DNA of 64,000 nucleotides from Rickettsiales bacterium (GTDB lineage Bacteria; Pseudomonadota; Alphaproteobacteria; Rickettsiales; UBA3002): assembly GCA_022763105.1 (NCBI GenBank), contig JALEGK010000020.1:492-64491 (forward strand), read 5' to 3'. The position numbers and the translations under genes were made by a program. Positions 25,774-35,426 of this stretch are shown here, piece after piece. Every line of letters begins with the position of its first letter. Position 1 is the stretch's first letter. The notes under the pieces were generated by a model. That model did no database searches, was not told the DNA's origin, and worked only from the letters and a program-made list of their open reading frames with translations.

Positions 25774-26868
25774 TTAGGTGGTGGCGAGCGCAGAGGTAGC
25801 TTTCGTTTCTGTGTAAGATGAGGAAGCTGGCGTAGAAGGTGACTCTGTCTGCTCTGCAACGGTTGAACTCGAAGATGAGGTTGTCGCACTAGCTGAGTCT
25901 GTCGATTCTGATTTAGGTTTGCTGTCAGATATTTGTTTTTCTGCTTTGTAGCCATGAATCGCCTGACCGCCATGACGGATATCATTGATGCGGCGATCGA
26001 CTTCAGGGATACGAAGAATTTTGAGCAGGTCGCGCACTTCTTGTCGTGCGGCTACGTGCGACATGGAGAGTTTGGCGTTACTGCCAATATCCATGACATC
26101 TAGCACGGTTAGACCTTGCGGGAACATTTCGCGGTAAATGACACGCTCGCTGAAGCCGGGTGCTAGGCGGAAGCCAATGCGGCGCGATAATTCTTCGGTC
26201 GCTTTTTTCATCAGGCGTTTATTGCGCGCATCCAGATTGCTGAGGCGGTTACGCATGACAATCCATTCCATGTTTTTACCGCCGCGCTTGGCTTTGGAAA
26301 TTTTCTGCTCCCAGACCATTTCGCTGTAAATACTTGGGCGGATAATTTTCATGGTTTTACCGTCTACGGTTGCCAGAACATCCAGATCAACGAAGCTGTC
26401 ATTGATAGGGGTGATGACCGTATCGGCGAATGAATGTGCCAGACGCGACAGGAAGGTATCATTACCCGGGCTATCAACCATAATGAAGTCGCAATTTTGT
26501 AGGCGACGTAGGCCCATGCTGAAACGCTCGCGCTCATCTTCTTGCGCTTCTTCTGTTACGTTGAACGGGCTGCGCGTAATGACGATATGTTGAGGGACAG
26601 GCAAAGACACGCCTTCGCGCTCCATGGTTTTGCGGCGATTCTCGATATAGCGAGAGAGTGAACGTTGGCGCGAATCAATGTCGATACTGCCGACTTTGAA
26701 ACCTAAACGAAGCAGGGCGACCAGAATATGCATGCTGGTGGTGGTTTTACCGCAGCCACCTTTTTCGTTACCGATCACAATAATGTGCGGTCCGGTACGG
26801 GCGTTATCTTGTTCTGACGGGTCTTGCTTTGCGCCAGAACGCATCCCAAAGAGGCTTGCCATGCTCAT
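25774..26868 (-). CDS. ParA-family ATPase, MipZ-like, with Ser/Thr-rich C-terminal tail
   Basis: ATG 26868 (MSMASLFG...). IIVIGNEKGGCGKTT deviant Walker A, IDIDSRQRSLSRYIENRR. The roughly 60-aa tail is SKPKSESTDSASATTSSSSSTVAEQTESPSTPASSS. Confidence 0.75.
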   Translation of the reverse strand: MSMASLFGMRSGAKQDPSEQDNARTGPHIIVIGNEKGGCGKTTTSMHILVALLRLGFKVGSIDIDSRQRSLSRYIENRRKTMEREGVSLPVPQHIVITRSPFNVTEEAQEDERERFSMGLRRLQNCDFIMVDSPGNDTFLSRLAHSFADTVITPINDSFVDLDVLATVDGKTMKIIRPSIYSEMVWEQKISKAKRGGKNMEWIVMRNRLSNLDARNKRLMKKATEELSRRIGFRLAPGFSERVIYREMFPQGLTVLDVMDIGSNAKLSMSHVAARQEVRDLLKILRIPEVDRRINDIRHGGQAIHGYKAEKQISDSKPKSESTDSASATTSSSSSTVAEQTESPSTPASSSYTETKATSALATT

Positions 26869-27055
26869 ATAAATTTGTCCTATCTGCGGTCTATTTGCAA
26901 CAATGCTAAACAAAAGCCGTAGGGCTGTAAAGCGCTTGTTTGCACCATCCACGCAGATATTAACAGTTTTCGTTAACCTTTGAACATGCAGGATTAGTGC
27001 CAATCAACGCATATCATTCTTGCCTTGATGAGAAGGGGCACCATACTCTTTGCCC

Positions 27056-27553
27056 ATGGAGCTTGCGATACAGTTGATTTTAACCGCATTTATGCTGGCG
27101 GTGGTGGTCTATGATGTGACGCGCTATATCATCCCAAACAAGCTCAACCTGCTGTTTTTATGTTTTTTTGTGATAATGGCCGCTTGGTTGTACCCATCCG
27201 TTGATTTGGCAAGCTCTGCCATGGCGTTTGGCATACTTTTGGTCATTGGATTTACTGCATTTGCCGCCCATGTGGTTGGCGGTGGCGATGTGAAATTGCT
27301 GGCAGTATGCGGATTATACCTAGGTTTGAGCACGATTTTGGTAAAATTTACCGTCTATATGGGTCTTCTTGGTGGTGCATTGTCGCTGATTCTGCTGGTT
27401 GGGCGGTGGATTGCGCCCATGATTGGCAGCAAAATGGGTGCGACATCGATCCCAAGATTGTTTAGCCAAGGTGAGCCGGTCCCCTATGGCCTAGCAATAG
27501 CTGGTGCGTTTATGATTATCGTGTGGGGTGTGGGGCTGCCGTATCTGGGCTAG
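27056..27553 (+). CDS. A24-family prepilin peptidase (CpaA-like, short form)
   Basis: 165 aa polytopic membrane protein. YDVTRYIIPN and GGGDVKLL aspartyl-protease motifs. Confidence 0.75.
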   Translation: MELAIQLILTAFMLAVVVYDVTRYIIPNKLNLLFLCFFVIMAAWLYPSVDLASSAMAFGILLVIGFTAFAAHVVGGGDVKLLAVCGLYLGLSTILVKFTVYMGLLGGALSLILLVGRWIAPMIGSKMGATSIPRLFSQGEPVPYGLAIAGAFMIIVWGVGLPYLG

Positions 27554-28446
27554 CTAGTCAGCGAGATATCTTCTGATTTCTCGGAATGCTCTCTTTCTTC
27601 TACTTTGGTGCCGATGGCTAGGTTGAGCATGTGGTTAAATTCTGCACCGTAAATGAAAATCACATTCATGATAAAGAAGAACAGCATGGTCGCGATAAAA
27701 CCTCCCAAACTGCCATAGATGATATTCACCTGATCAACATTTTGGATGTAGAGCGAGAATAAGCCTGCGCCTCCGACCCATAAGAAAACAACGATAATGG
27801 CACCGGGAATGACTGCCAGTAGGTTCTGCTTAATGTTGGGTAAGAAATAATAGAGGTTGGCGACGATAAAGAACATCGCGACACCACCAATATAGAAGAA
27901 ATACTGGTTCCAGATGCTAGCAATATTGGCTGGTAGTGGGCGCCCGAGCAGCCATTCAACCCATTCAATGACAACGGGAGATAAGACCATTACCGACATT
28001 ACGATGATAACCACCACTGTGAATAATATTAGCTGCAGAATGCTCATCATCCGGCGCAGAATATAAGTGGGTGGGTTGCTCACTTGATAGGCGCGGTTAA
28101 GCACGGTGCGCATGCCTTCTACGGCGGAAGAGGACGTCCAGATGGCGCCCAGAATCGAGATGGTAAGAAGTGCCTGAGGTGGGCCTGACATAATCTCTTC
28201 GACGCGCGGGCGGATGGCTTGTACGGCTTCTGTGGGTAGGTTGGTGATCAGTAGCTCAATAAAGCGAGTGCCAACCTCGCCCTGACCGATAAAACCGGCG
28301 GTCGCAACGATCAGAACCATGAAAGGAAATAGGGCTAAAAGGCTCAAAAATGTGAGGTAGCCAGCCATTTCAATCCCGTCATTATCTACGAGGTTATCGC
28401 CAGCTTTATAGATAATATGTAAGGCTTTTTTAAGCTTATTGATCAT
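27550..28446 (-). CDS. YihY/BrkB-family membrane protein
   Basis: 298 aa. N-terminal GIEMAGYLTFLSLLALFPF, multiple TM helices, GAEFN near the C-terminus. Confidence 0.8.
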   Translation of the reverse strand: MINKLKKALHIIYKAGDNLVDNDGIEMAGYLTFLSLLALFPFMVLIVATAGFIGQGEVGTRFIELLITNLPTEAVQAIRPRVEEIMSGPPQALLTISILGAIWTSSSAVEGMRTVLNRAYQVSNPPTYILRRMMSILQLILFTVVVIIVMSVMVLSPVVIEWVEWLLGRPLPANIASIWNQYFFYIGGVAMFFIVANLYYFLPNIKQNLLAVIPGAIIVVFLWVGGAGLFSLYIQNVDQVNIIYGSLGGFIATMLFFFIMNVIFIYGAEFNHMLNLAIGTKVEEREHSEKSEDISLTS

Positions 28447-28552
28447 GCGTTCCTTCTGCCTGATTGCGCGAGATTTGTCCAGCCTTCGCTTGCATGAGGG
28501 TGTAGATGTGATATGCCATTGTTAGCTCTAATATACTTATCAGGAGGACCCC

Positions 28553-30163
28553 ATGACGGCACAGCCAAATCTTTCAGAATCTCCACTTTCTATTCAAAAC
28601 CCTGTGAATGCCGCAGGACAAGAAATCCTGACCGATGATGCGCTGGCATTTGTTGCTGCGCTTGCCGAAAAATTTCAGGCACGACGCGACGCACTGCTTG
28701 TAGATCGTGTGGCGTATCAGAAGAAGCTGGATGAGGGCTTCATGCCTGATTTTCTGGAAGAGACCAAAGCGATTCGTGAGGGTGATTGGAAAGTGGCACC
28801 GATTCCCGAGGACCTCCAGAACCGCCGTGTAGAGATTACCGGCCCGGCGGAACCAAAGATGATTATCAACGCGCTGAATTCAGGTGCGAAAGTCTTTATG
28901 GCGGATATTGAGGATTCGCTTAGCCCGACTTGGGAGAAGGTAGTAGAGGCGCAGGTGGCACTCCGCGATGCAGTGCGTCGTGAGCTGACCTTCACGAGCC
29001 CTGAGGGTAAAAAATACGAGCTGAAATCGGCGGATGAGCTGGCCGTGATGATTGTGCGTCCGCGCGGCTGGCACTTGGATGAGAAACATGTGCTGTTTAA
29101 TGGTAAGCCATTGGCAGGGGCGTTGCTCGATTTTGGTTTGTTCTTCTATCATAATGCCAAAGAGCAACTCGCGCGCGGCACAGGCCCATACTTCTATATT
29201 CCTAAGTTAGAGAATCATAAAGAGGCGCAGCTATGGGCGGATATCTTTGCCTTTGGTGAAGAGTATATTGGTCTGGAGAAAGGCTCAATCAAGGCGACAA
29301 TTCTGATTGAGGTGATCACTGCCGTTTTTGAGATGGATGAAATTTTGCATGCGTTGAAAGATTATATTGTTGGTCTGAATTGCGGTCGTTGGGATTATAT
29401 CTTCAGCTTTATTAAAAAGTTTGCGAAGCGCGGTGACTTTGTGCTGCCAGATCGCGCACAAGTGACGATGCGCGTGCCGTTCTTGCAAGCATATTCCGAC
29501 CTACTCATTCACACCTGCCATAAGCGCGGTGCGTTTGCGATGGGAGGCATGGCGCCGCAAATTCCGATTAAGGGCGATGATGCAGCCAATGAGAAAGCGC
29601 TGGGCTTGGTGAAAGCTGATAAAGAGCGCGAAGCAGGTTGGGGGCATGATGGTACCTGGGTGGCGCATCCGGGTTTGATTCCGATTGCCATGGAAGTGTT
29701 TGATCGCATGATGCCCGCTGCAAATCAGGTTGATAATCTACGCCCGGAAGTGAGCGTTGATGCCGCTGATTTGCTGGCGATTCCTGAGGGCACTATTACG
29801 GAAGCCGGCATCCGCAATAACATCAATGTGTCGATTCAATATATGGCGGCATGGTTGGATGGAAATGGCTGTGTGCCGATCAATAACCTCATGGAAGATG
29901 CAGCAACGGCTGAGATCTCTCGTACACAGCTTTGGCAGTGGGCACATCATGATGATGTGAAGCGCGATGATGGCGCTGAGGTGAGCATGGATATGATTCG
30001 TGGCATGTTCCCAGAAGAGATGGATGCGATTAAAGCGCAAGTTGGTGAAGCGGCGTTTAGTGCGGGTAAGTACAAGGCGGCGGCTGATTTATTATTAGAG
30101 CTGATTGAAAAAGACGAGTTCATCGAATTCTTGACGCTACCCGCTTATGAGCAACTTGCATGA
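28553..30163 (+). CDS. aceB: Malate synthase A
   Basis: 536 aa. EITGP, RPRGWHLDEKH, GLNCGRWDYIFS, and EDAATAEISR. Confidence 0.92.
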   Translation: MTAQPNLSESPLSIQNPVNAAGQEILTDDALAFVAALAEKFQARRDALLVDRVAYQKKLDEGFMPDFLEETKAIREGDWKVAPIPEDLQNRRVEITGPAEPKMIINALNSGAKVFMADIEDSLSPTWEKVVEAQVALRDAVRRELTFTSPEGKKYELKSADELAVMIVRPRGWHLDEKHVLFNGKPLAGALLDFGLFFYHNAKEQLARGTGPYFYIPKLENHKEAQLWADIFAFGEEYIGLEKGSIKATILIEVITAVFEMDEILHALKDYIVGLNCGRWDYIFSFIKKFAKRGDFVLPDRAQVTMRVPFLQAYSDLLIHTCHKRGAFAMGGMAPQIPIKGDDAANEKALGLVKADKEREAGWGHDGTWVAHPGLIPIAMEVFDRMMPAANQVDNLRPEVSVDAADLLAIPEGTITEAGIRNNINVSIQYMAAWLDGNGCVPINNLMEDAATAEISRTQLWQWAHHDDVKRDDGAEVSMDMIRGMFPEEMDAIKAQVGEAAFSAGKYKAAADLLLELIEKDEFIEFLTLPAYEQLA

Positions 30164-30651
30164 GCGAAGTAGTCATCTCTCCACTCAAGCGAGAGGAGTT
30201 TGAACGTGTTTGGCCTATCTTTCACACCATTATTGGTGATGGGAAGACCTATTCATACGACCCTGATCTGACGATTGAAGAGGCGCGCGCGATCTGGTGC
30301 GCCGATGAGAAGACCCCGTACATTGCCGAGGTGGATGGCGTCCCCGTTGGTACGTTTTACCTACGTGCAAATCAGTTGGGGTTGGGAAACCATGTGGCGA
30401 ATGGTGGTTTTATGGTGGCCCCTGAACATGCGGGCAAAGGCTATGGTCGTCAGATGGGGCAGCGCATGATCGATGAAGCCAAGGCAACGGGCTATCACGG
30501 CATGCAGTTCAATTTTGTGGTTGAAGATAATGTGCCGTCACTCAAAATCTGGACGAGCTTAGGCTTTGAGATTGTCGGAACCGTGCCGGATGCAATGCGC
30601 CATCGCGAAAAAGGGCTGATGGCCGTTCATATCATGTATAAAAAGCTATAG
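30160..30651 (+). CDS. GNAT-family N-acetyltransferase
   Basis: 163 aa. GKGYGRQMGQRMIDEAK acetyl-CoA loop. 4-nt overlap with aceB. Confidence 0.8.
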   Translation: MSEVVISPLKREEFERVWPIFHTIIGDGKTYSYDPDLTIEEARAIWCADEKTPYIAEVDGVPVGTFYLRANQLGLGNHVANGGFMVAPEHAGKGYGRQMGQRMIDEAKATGYHGMQFNFVVEDNVPSLKIWTSLGFEIVGTVPDAMRHREKGLMAVHIMYKKL

Positions 30652-31455
30652 TGCGTTTTGCTTGCGGCACGCGAATAGGCGTGCCTCATCGACTAAGCGT
30701 TTCATGATTGATTTACTTAGCTCATCGGCACTGAATTCTGGATGCCACATCACGCCTAATACAAACTGATCGGCATAAGGTCCGGTTGGTGTTGGTTCAA
30801 TTGCTTCAATCGTTCCGTATTCAGATTTAGCGGTTGCGCGAAAGCCATCACGAACTTTATCAGGCACCTGATGATGGTAGCTATTCACCTCAATGCGTGT
30901 GCGCTCATCGGGCATCAATGCTTCAAGAGTGGTGTTGCGTGTGATGGTAATGCGTTCGGTTGGAATGTAGGGAGGAATCGGTGGTTCATGTATCCCTTGA
31001 TTCTGGTCTTCTACATGTTGTTTTAGGCTGCCTCTGGTTTGCTCGTCACCGGATAGGTTGATGCGTTGCAGGCCGCCGCAAATGCCAAGCATGGGTACGT
31101 GTTTAGCGAGCGCCTGTTCGATCAGGTTATATTCGTAAATGCCGCGCAGCGGGCTTTTCTCTGTTTTGGTTTTTGGGTGCGGTTCTTGGCCGTAACGTGC
31201 TGGGTCGATGTCTTCGCTATTGCCCGCAATGATGATCGCATCAAGCTTATGTATATCTTTTGCCGGGTCGCGACCTTTATATTGATCGAGGTAAATCACC
31301 TCCGCGCCCAAGGTTCTGAGCACGGTCATAATCGGCACAACGGTGCGCGATGTGGGAGATTGACCAGAGACACCAATGGTTGGTGTTAGCTCGCAGCTGG
31401 CATAGGAAACGGAATAGCTAAGAAGAAAAGTAAGGGCTGCGAGAAGCAGTCGCAT
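30646..31455 (-). CDS. Signal-peptide-bearing class I glutamine amidotransferase / peptidase C26 (paralogue of 10979..11839)
   Basis: 269 aa. MRLLLAALTFLLSYSVSYASC signal peptide (possible lipobox), GICGGLQ, YHHQ, and GVMWHPEF. Confidence 0.75.
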   Translation of the reverse strand: MRLLLAALTFLLSYSVSYASCELTPTIGVSGQSPTSRTVVPIMTVLRTLGAEVIYLDQYKGRDPAKDIHKLDAIIIAGNSEDIDPARYGQEPHPKTKTEKSPLRGIYEYNLIEQALAKHVPMLGICGGLQRINLSGDEQTRGSLKQHVEDQNQGIHEPPIPPYIPTERITITRNTTLEALMPDERTRIEVNSYHHQVPDKVRDGFRATAKSEYGTIEAIEPTPTGPYADQFVLGVMWHPEFSADELSKSIMKRLVDEARLFACRKQNAL

Positions 31456-31988
31456 TACTTATGCCACCAACGTTTTTGCTGCTGCTTTGGCGCGCTGCCA
31501 AACCAGTTTAGCGGGTGTTGGTATATTACAAGCAGGGTTTCCGCACCTGGGTTGTGCTTACCAATACTTGCATTAGAGATGTGGTTGAACGCAACCCCCA
31601 AGCGTGTGCCGTATGGGAATTGGTAGCTCAGCTCCAGACCAGAGCGGAACTCTAGGCCGTGATGAAGTTTTTTACCGTCGCCACTGTGATAAGCACCGGC
31701 TACGACATTGGGGGTGAGAATAAAATTCATACCCAAAGGGATATCCCAGAAGAAACCACCATAGCCATATACGGAGCCGTCGGTGGTGGCATTGATACCC
31801 AAGCCAGGACGTAAACCATGATAGATATCTTCATAGCGATATTCTGCACCAAATTGAGTTGCGCTGTTATCATCTTGTGTCACGTCAAAATAACCGGCAT
31901 AAACACCTAAATAATCAGATGCATTGGCAGGGGTGTGAGCAAATAAAATGATCGCTAAAGCAATAGGGTGCAAAAATGTAAGTCGCAT
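31455..31988 (-). CDS. Acyloxyacyl hydrolase / lipid A deacylase (PagL-like) outer-membrane protein
   Basis: 177 aa. Signal peptide, beta-barrel-like alternating pattern, and FNHISNASIG (HxSN catalytic motif). Its stop overlaps the next ATG (TAATG). Confidence 0.7.
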   Translation of the reverse strand: MRLTFLHPIALAIILFAHTPANASDYLGVYAGYFDVTQDDNSATQFGAEYRYEDIYHGLRPGLGINATTDGSVYGYGGFFWDIPLGMNFILTPNVVAGAYHSGDGKKLHHGLEFRSGLELSYQFPYGTRLGVAFNHISNASIGKHNPGAETLLVIYQHPLNWFGSAPKQQQKRWWHK

Positions 31989-32062
31989 AACTATCTCCTT
32001 GGGTATCAGATGTACCCTTAAGTGCCTGTGGCTGCAAGAAACAAAGCCAACCTGAGGATGAT

Positions 32063-32737
32063 ATGCGCTTAAGCTTGTTGATGTTGGTTCTAATTAGTCA
32101 TCTTTTTGTGACGATTGATGCGTCTGCGGAAATACGACAGGATCATGTTGAGTCTATTGAAGGCGCGATCATTAAAACGGCTCATGGTGTGCCGCTGAAG
32201 CTGGCGGCGATTCATATTTTAGATGTGAAAGCTTTTGAGCAATATGCCAAGCGGTGGGTAGGTCAAGAGATAGCCTATGAGGTGGTTCACCGTGATCGGT
32301 ATGGTGATGCTCTAGTGATCGCTCACATTGATGACGAAAAATTACAAGCGGCAATAATCCGTCAAGGGTTGGCGCTGGCCTATGATACGCGATCAAGCGG
32401 ACAGTTGAGCGAGTTGCTCGCGATGGAAGACGCATTGACTTTGTTATCTCGCACGCATCAGGCAGATGAAGCAGAAGCATGCGTGGGCACGTGGTGTGTG
32501 GTATCGGGTAAAATACACGAGGTTGCGGTTAAGGGTAAAAAAGCATACTTAAATTTCGCCGATGATTGGAAACGTGATTTTACGATCTATATAGAAGGTG
32601 CTGTATTGTCTCAGATTGGAGAGGATACTTTGTTGGAACTTAAAGGCAAAGATGTAACGGTGCGAGGCCATGTTGATTGGTATTACGGCCCACGCATTGT
32701 ATTGCACGCCAAGGAGATGATGGATTATGCGCGCTGA
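32063..32737 (+). CDS. Secreted thermonuclease (SNase)-like domain protein
   Basis: 224 aa. Signal peptide. LAAIHILD...DRYGDALVIAHI...IIRQGLALAY resembles the SNase-fold pattern. By eye only. Confidence 0.5.
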   Translation: MRLSLLMLVLISHLFVTIDASAEIRQDHVESIEGAIIKTAHGVPLKLAAIHILDVKAFEQYAKRWVGQEIAYEVVHRDRYGDALVIAHIDDEKLQAAIIRQGLALAYDTRSSGQLSELLAMEDALTLLSRTHQADEAEACVGTWCVVSGKIHEVAVKGKKAYLNFADDWKRDFTIYIEGAVLSQIGEDTLLELKGKDVTVRGHVDWYYGPRIVLHAKEMMDYAR

Positions 32738-33359
32738 TCAGACCGCTATTGACCACTATATACATGAAACCTTTGCACCTGAAGATGCGCTGCTAAAAAG
32801 CATCCGCGAGGTGGGGGAGCGGTTGCATCCGGGGATGCAGGTCAGCCCTTATGAGGGGAAAATGCTGCAGGTGTTTTTGCAGATGATTGGTGCGAAACGC
32901 GTGTTAGAAATCGGCAGTTTTGTTGGGTATTCGACAGTATGTATGGCGCGTGCGCTACCCGCAGATGGGGCGCTAATTAGTCTGGAGTTTAACCGTGAGC
33001 ATGCAGATTATGCTGCACAACATACGAGCGATTTTCCTCAAGTGGAAATTCGCCAAGGCGATGCGTTGCAGCTCATTCCCGATGTGGAAGGCCCGCTGGA
33101 TGCGATCTTTATTGATGCAGAGAAGCGCAGTTACCTGAAATATCTTGCGGCAGCTTTGCCTAAATTACGCAAAGGCGGATTGGTGATGGCAGATAATAGC
33201 TTGCTGTTTGGCGCAATGGTTGGCGAGCCGAAGATTAAAGTGTCAGAGGAAGCCACAGAAGTGATGCGCCAGCTTAATTTGAAGTTGGCGAATGATGAGG
33301 TCTTTTGCGGAATTATGATTCCGACGATTGAAGGGCTGACAATAGCCGTGAAGCGTTAG
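32727..33359 (+). CDS. Class I SAM-dependent O-methyltransferase (family 3, CCoAOMT-like)
   Basis: 210 aa. VLEIGSFVGYS, FIDAEKRSY. Confidence 0.8.
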   Translation: MRADQTAIDHYIHETFAPEDALLKSIREVGERLHPGMQVSPYEGKMLQVFLQMIGAKRVLEIGSFVGYSTVCMARALPADGALISLEFNREHADYAAQHTSDFPQVEIRQGDALQLIPDVEGPLDAIFIDAEKRSYLKYLAAALPKLRKGGLVMADNSLLFGAMVGEPKIKVSEEATEVMRQLNLKLANDEVFCGIMIPTIEGLTIAVKR

Positions 33360-33802
33360 GCTTCTTTTTTCCAGCCGCCATCGGGCTGTTGTTTGATGTA
33401 GCTCAGATTGGCGTCTGTTTCGCTATATTGCTTCCAACGCGCCCGCGCGGCTTTGACGCTTTCTTCATTATGACCGTCGAAAATATCGAGTAGTTTTTTT
33501 GTGCCATCAGAAAGACCAATGGTTCTGCCGTCGGTGACGACTTGGACTTCTGCACCGTTAGGTGTTTCATCACCCTGCGTGATATAAATCGGCTGAAGTT
33601 CTGGGGCAGGGTCATCGGCAGAGCCATGCGGCATGAATGACGCGGGGTCGTAACTCCAAAGTAATTCATTGAGGGATTGCATGGCCGTCTGATCGCCGAC
33701 ACGGATAACCGATTGCATGCCAGCAGCGCGCGCCTTATCCAAGAGTTTTGGCAGCGCGCGCTCTAGCGGTGTGGTTAGCAGATGATAGAACTGCACATCC
33801 AC
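33356..33802 (-). CDS. holC: DNA polymerase III subunit chi
   Basis: 148 aa. MDVQFYHLLTTPLERALPKLL N-terminus. Sits in the conserved position next to pepA. Confidence 0.8.
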   Translation of the reverse strand: MDVQFYHLLTTPLERALPKLLDKARAAGMQSVIRVGDQTAMQSLNELLWSYDPASFMPHGSADDPAPELQPIYITQGDETPNGAEVQVVTDGRTIGLSDGTKKLLDIFDGHNEESVKAARARWKQYSETDANLSYIKQQPDGGWKKEA

Positions 33803-33808
33803 GTGATA

Positions 33809-35308
33809 TTATCCTTCGTAATGATCGCGGACGAGTTGGTCTAGCAGACGTACGCCGAATCCGGTTGCACCTTTGGTGGCAGTTGGGATGCCTTTGCCAC
33901 TCCATGTGACACCTGCGATATCGAGGTGTGCCCAAGGCGTGTCATTGACGAAGCGCTGTAAGAATTGTGCAGCCGTGATACTTCCTGCGCCGCGGCCATC
34001 ACCAATATTTTTCATGTCGGCAATGTCGCTATCGATCATTTTGTCGTAACGATCGGCCAGTGGGAAGCGCCAGATGAGTTCGTTGGTTTTAGCACTCGCA
34101 TCCTCTAGCTGCTTGCTTAGTTTGTCATTGTTCGAGAACAGACCCGCGCATGAATCACCAAGCGCTACCAGAATGGCACCAGTTAGAGTGGCAAGGTTGA
34201 CCATGAATTTTGGTTTGTATTTGCTTTGGGTGTACCATAGCGCATCGGCTAGCACCAAGCGGCCCTCGGCATCCGTGTTCAGAATCTCGATCGTTTGACC
34301 CGACATAGAGGTGACAACGTCGCCTGGGCGTTGTGCGTTACCGTCTGGCATGTTTTCAACCAGACCCACGACACCAATTGCATTCACTTTGGCTTTACGG
34401 CCAGAGAGGGCTTTCATGAGGCCAATCACCACGCCTGCGCCGCCCATATCATATTTCATGTCACCCATATTGGCGGATGGCTTGATGCTGATACCGCCCG
34501 TATCGAAGGTGACACCTTTACCGACAAAGGCGACCGGCTTTTCTGATTTTTTGCCACCGTCCCATTGCATGATCACCATTTTAGATGGGCGGGTACTGCC
34601 TTGACCAACGCCGAGTAATGCACCCATGCCTAGCTTTTTCATCTGTGCTTCGGACAGCACTTCAACCTTCACGCCAAGTGCGCTTAGTTTTTTGCATTCA
34701 GCGGCAAAGGTTTCTGGGTAGATGATGTTAGCTGGCTCGGTGACGACATCGCGTGTCAGCTCCACACCTGCGGCTACTTTTTCTAAATCAGCATAAAGTT
34801 TTTTTGCGGCCTTATCCTCTTTTAGTACAAAGCTCAGGCTGGTAAGGGTGGGCTTCACCTCTTCCTTACGCTTGGTGTAATATTTATCGAAGAAATAGTT
34901 ACGCAAGCGGCCGCTTAGTGCCAGTTGTGCTGCGACATTGGCAATGTCTTGCTTCTTGATAAGATCAAGCACCACCTGTGCGGTTTTCACGCCAGCAGCA
35001 TTTAAGTGTGCCACAATCGCGCCACCTACTTCGTGAAGTGCGTTGTTATCGATATCTGATTCTTTGCCTAACCCGACGACCACCACTCGGTCAGCAGGTG
35101 CGACCTCTAGGCCGGGAATGGAGAAAATCTCACCCTTTTTACCTTTAAACTTTGAAGCAGAAATGGCGCGTGTGATAGCTGATTTCGCTTTTTTATTGAT
35201 CGCGCTGGCCTGACTGCCAAGCTTTAGGCTGTCATTTACCGTTACAACTAGCGCTGATTTTGCTTTGGTTTTACCGCTTGCTGCTTTCGCAGTGAATTGG
35301 ACTTTCAT
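33809..35308 (-). CDS. pepA: Leucyl aminopeptidase
   Basis: 499 aa. VGKGVTFDTGG, NTDAEGRLVLAD. Confidence 0.92.
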   Translation of the reverse strand: MKVQFTAKAASGKTKAKSALVVTVNDSLKLGSQASAINKKAKSAITRAISASKFKGKKGEIFSIPGLEVAPADRVVVVGLGKESDIDNNALHEVGGAIVAHLNAAGVKTAQVVLDLIKKQDIANVAAQLALSGRLRNYFFDKYYTKRKEEVKPTLTSLSFVLKEDKAAKKLYADLEKVAAGVELTRDVVTEPANIIYPETFAAECKKLSALGVKVEVLSEAQMKKLGMGALLGVGQGSTRPSKMVIMQWDGGKKSEKPVAFVGKGVTFDTGGISIKPSANMGDMKYDMGGAGVVIGLMKALSGRKAKVNAIGVVGLVENMPDGNAQRPGDVVTSMSGQTIEILNTDAEGRLVLADALWYTQSKYKPKFMVNLATLTGAILVALGDSCAGLFSNNDKLSKQLEDASAKTNELIWRFPLADRYDKMIDSDIADMKNIGDGRGAGSITAAQFLQRFVNDTPWAHLDIAGVTWSGKGIPTATKGATGFGVRLLDQLVRDHYEG

Positions 35309-35426
35309 AGGATTTGCCTCTCCGGTTTGAATCGATTGAAGGTTCAGTTGCGGCAGAGTGTAATGTTAGCGTCGGCTGGCGTAAAGCCTAGATTGCACAT
35401 TTGCGTGCATGTGCTATGAACAGGGC

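Noticed and set aside
25774-27003. The long forms of the MipZ-like ORF (409 aa) and of the J-domain ORF (25443..25985), which would overlap by 212 nt.
   Set aside because: The conserved domains start at internal Met codons (26868 and 25763). The upstream extensions are unconserved-looking, and using the internal starts removes the overlap.
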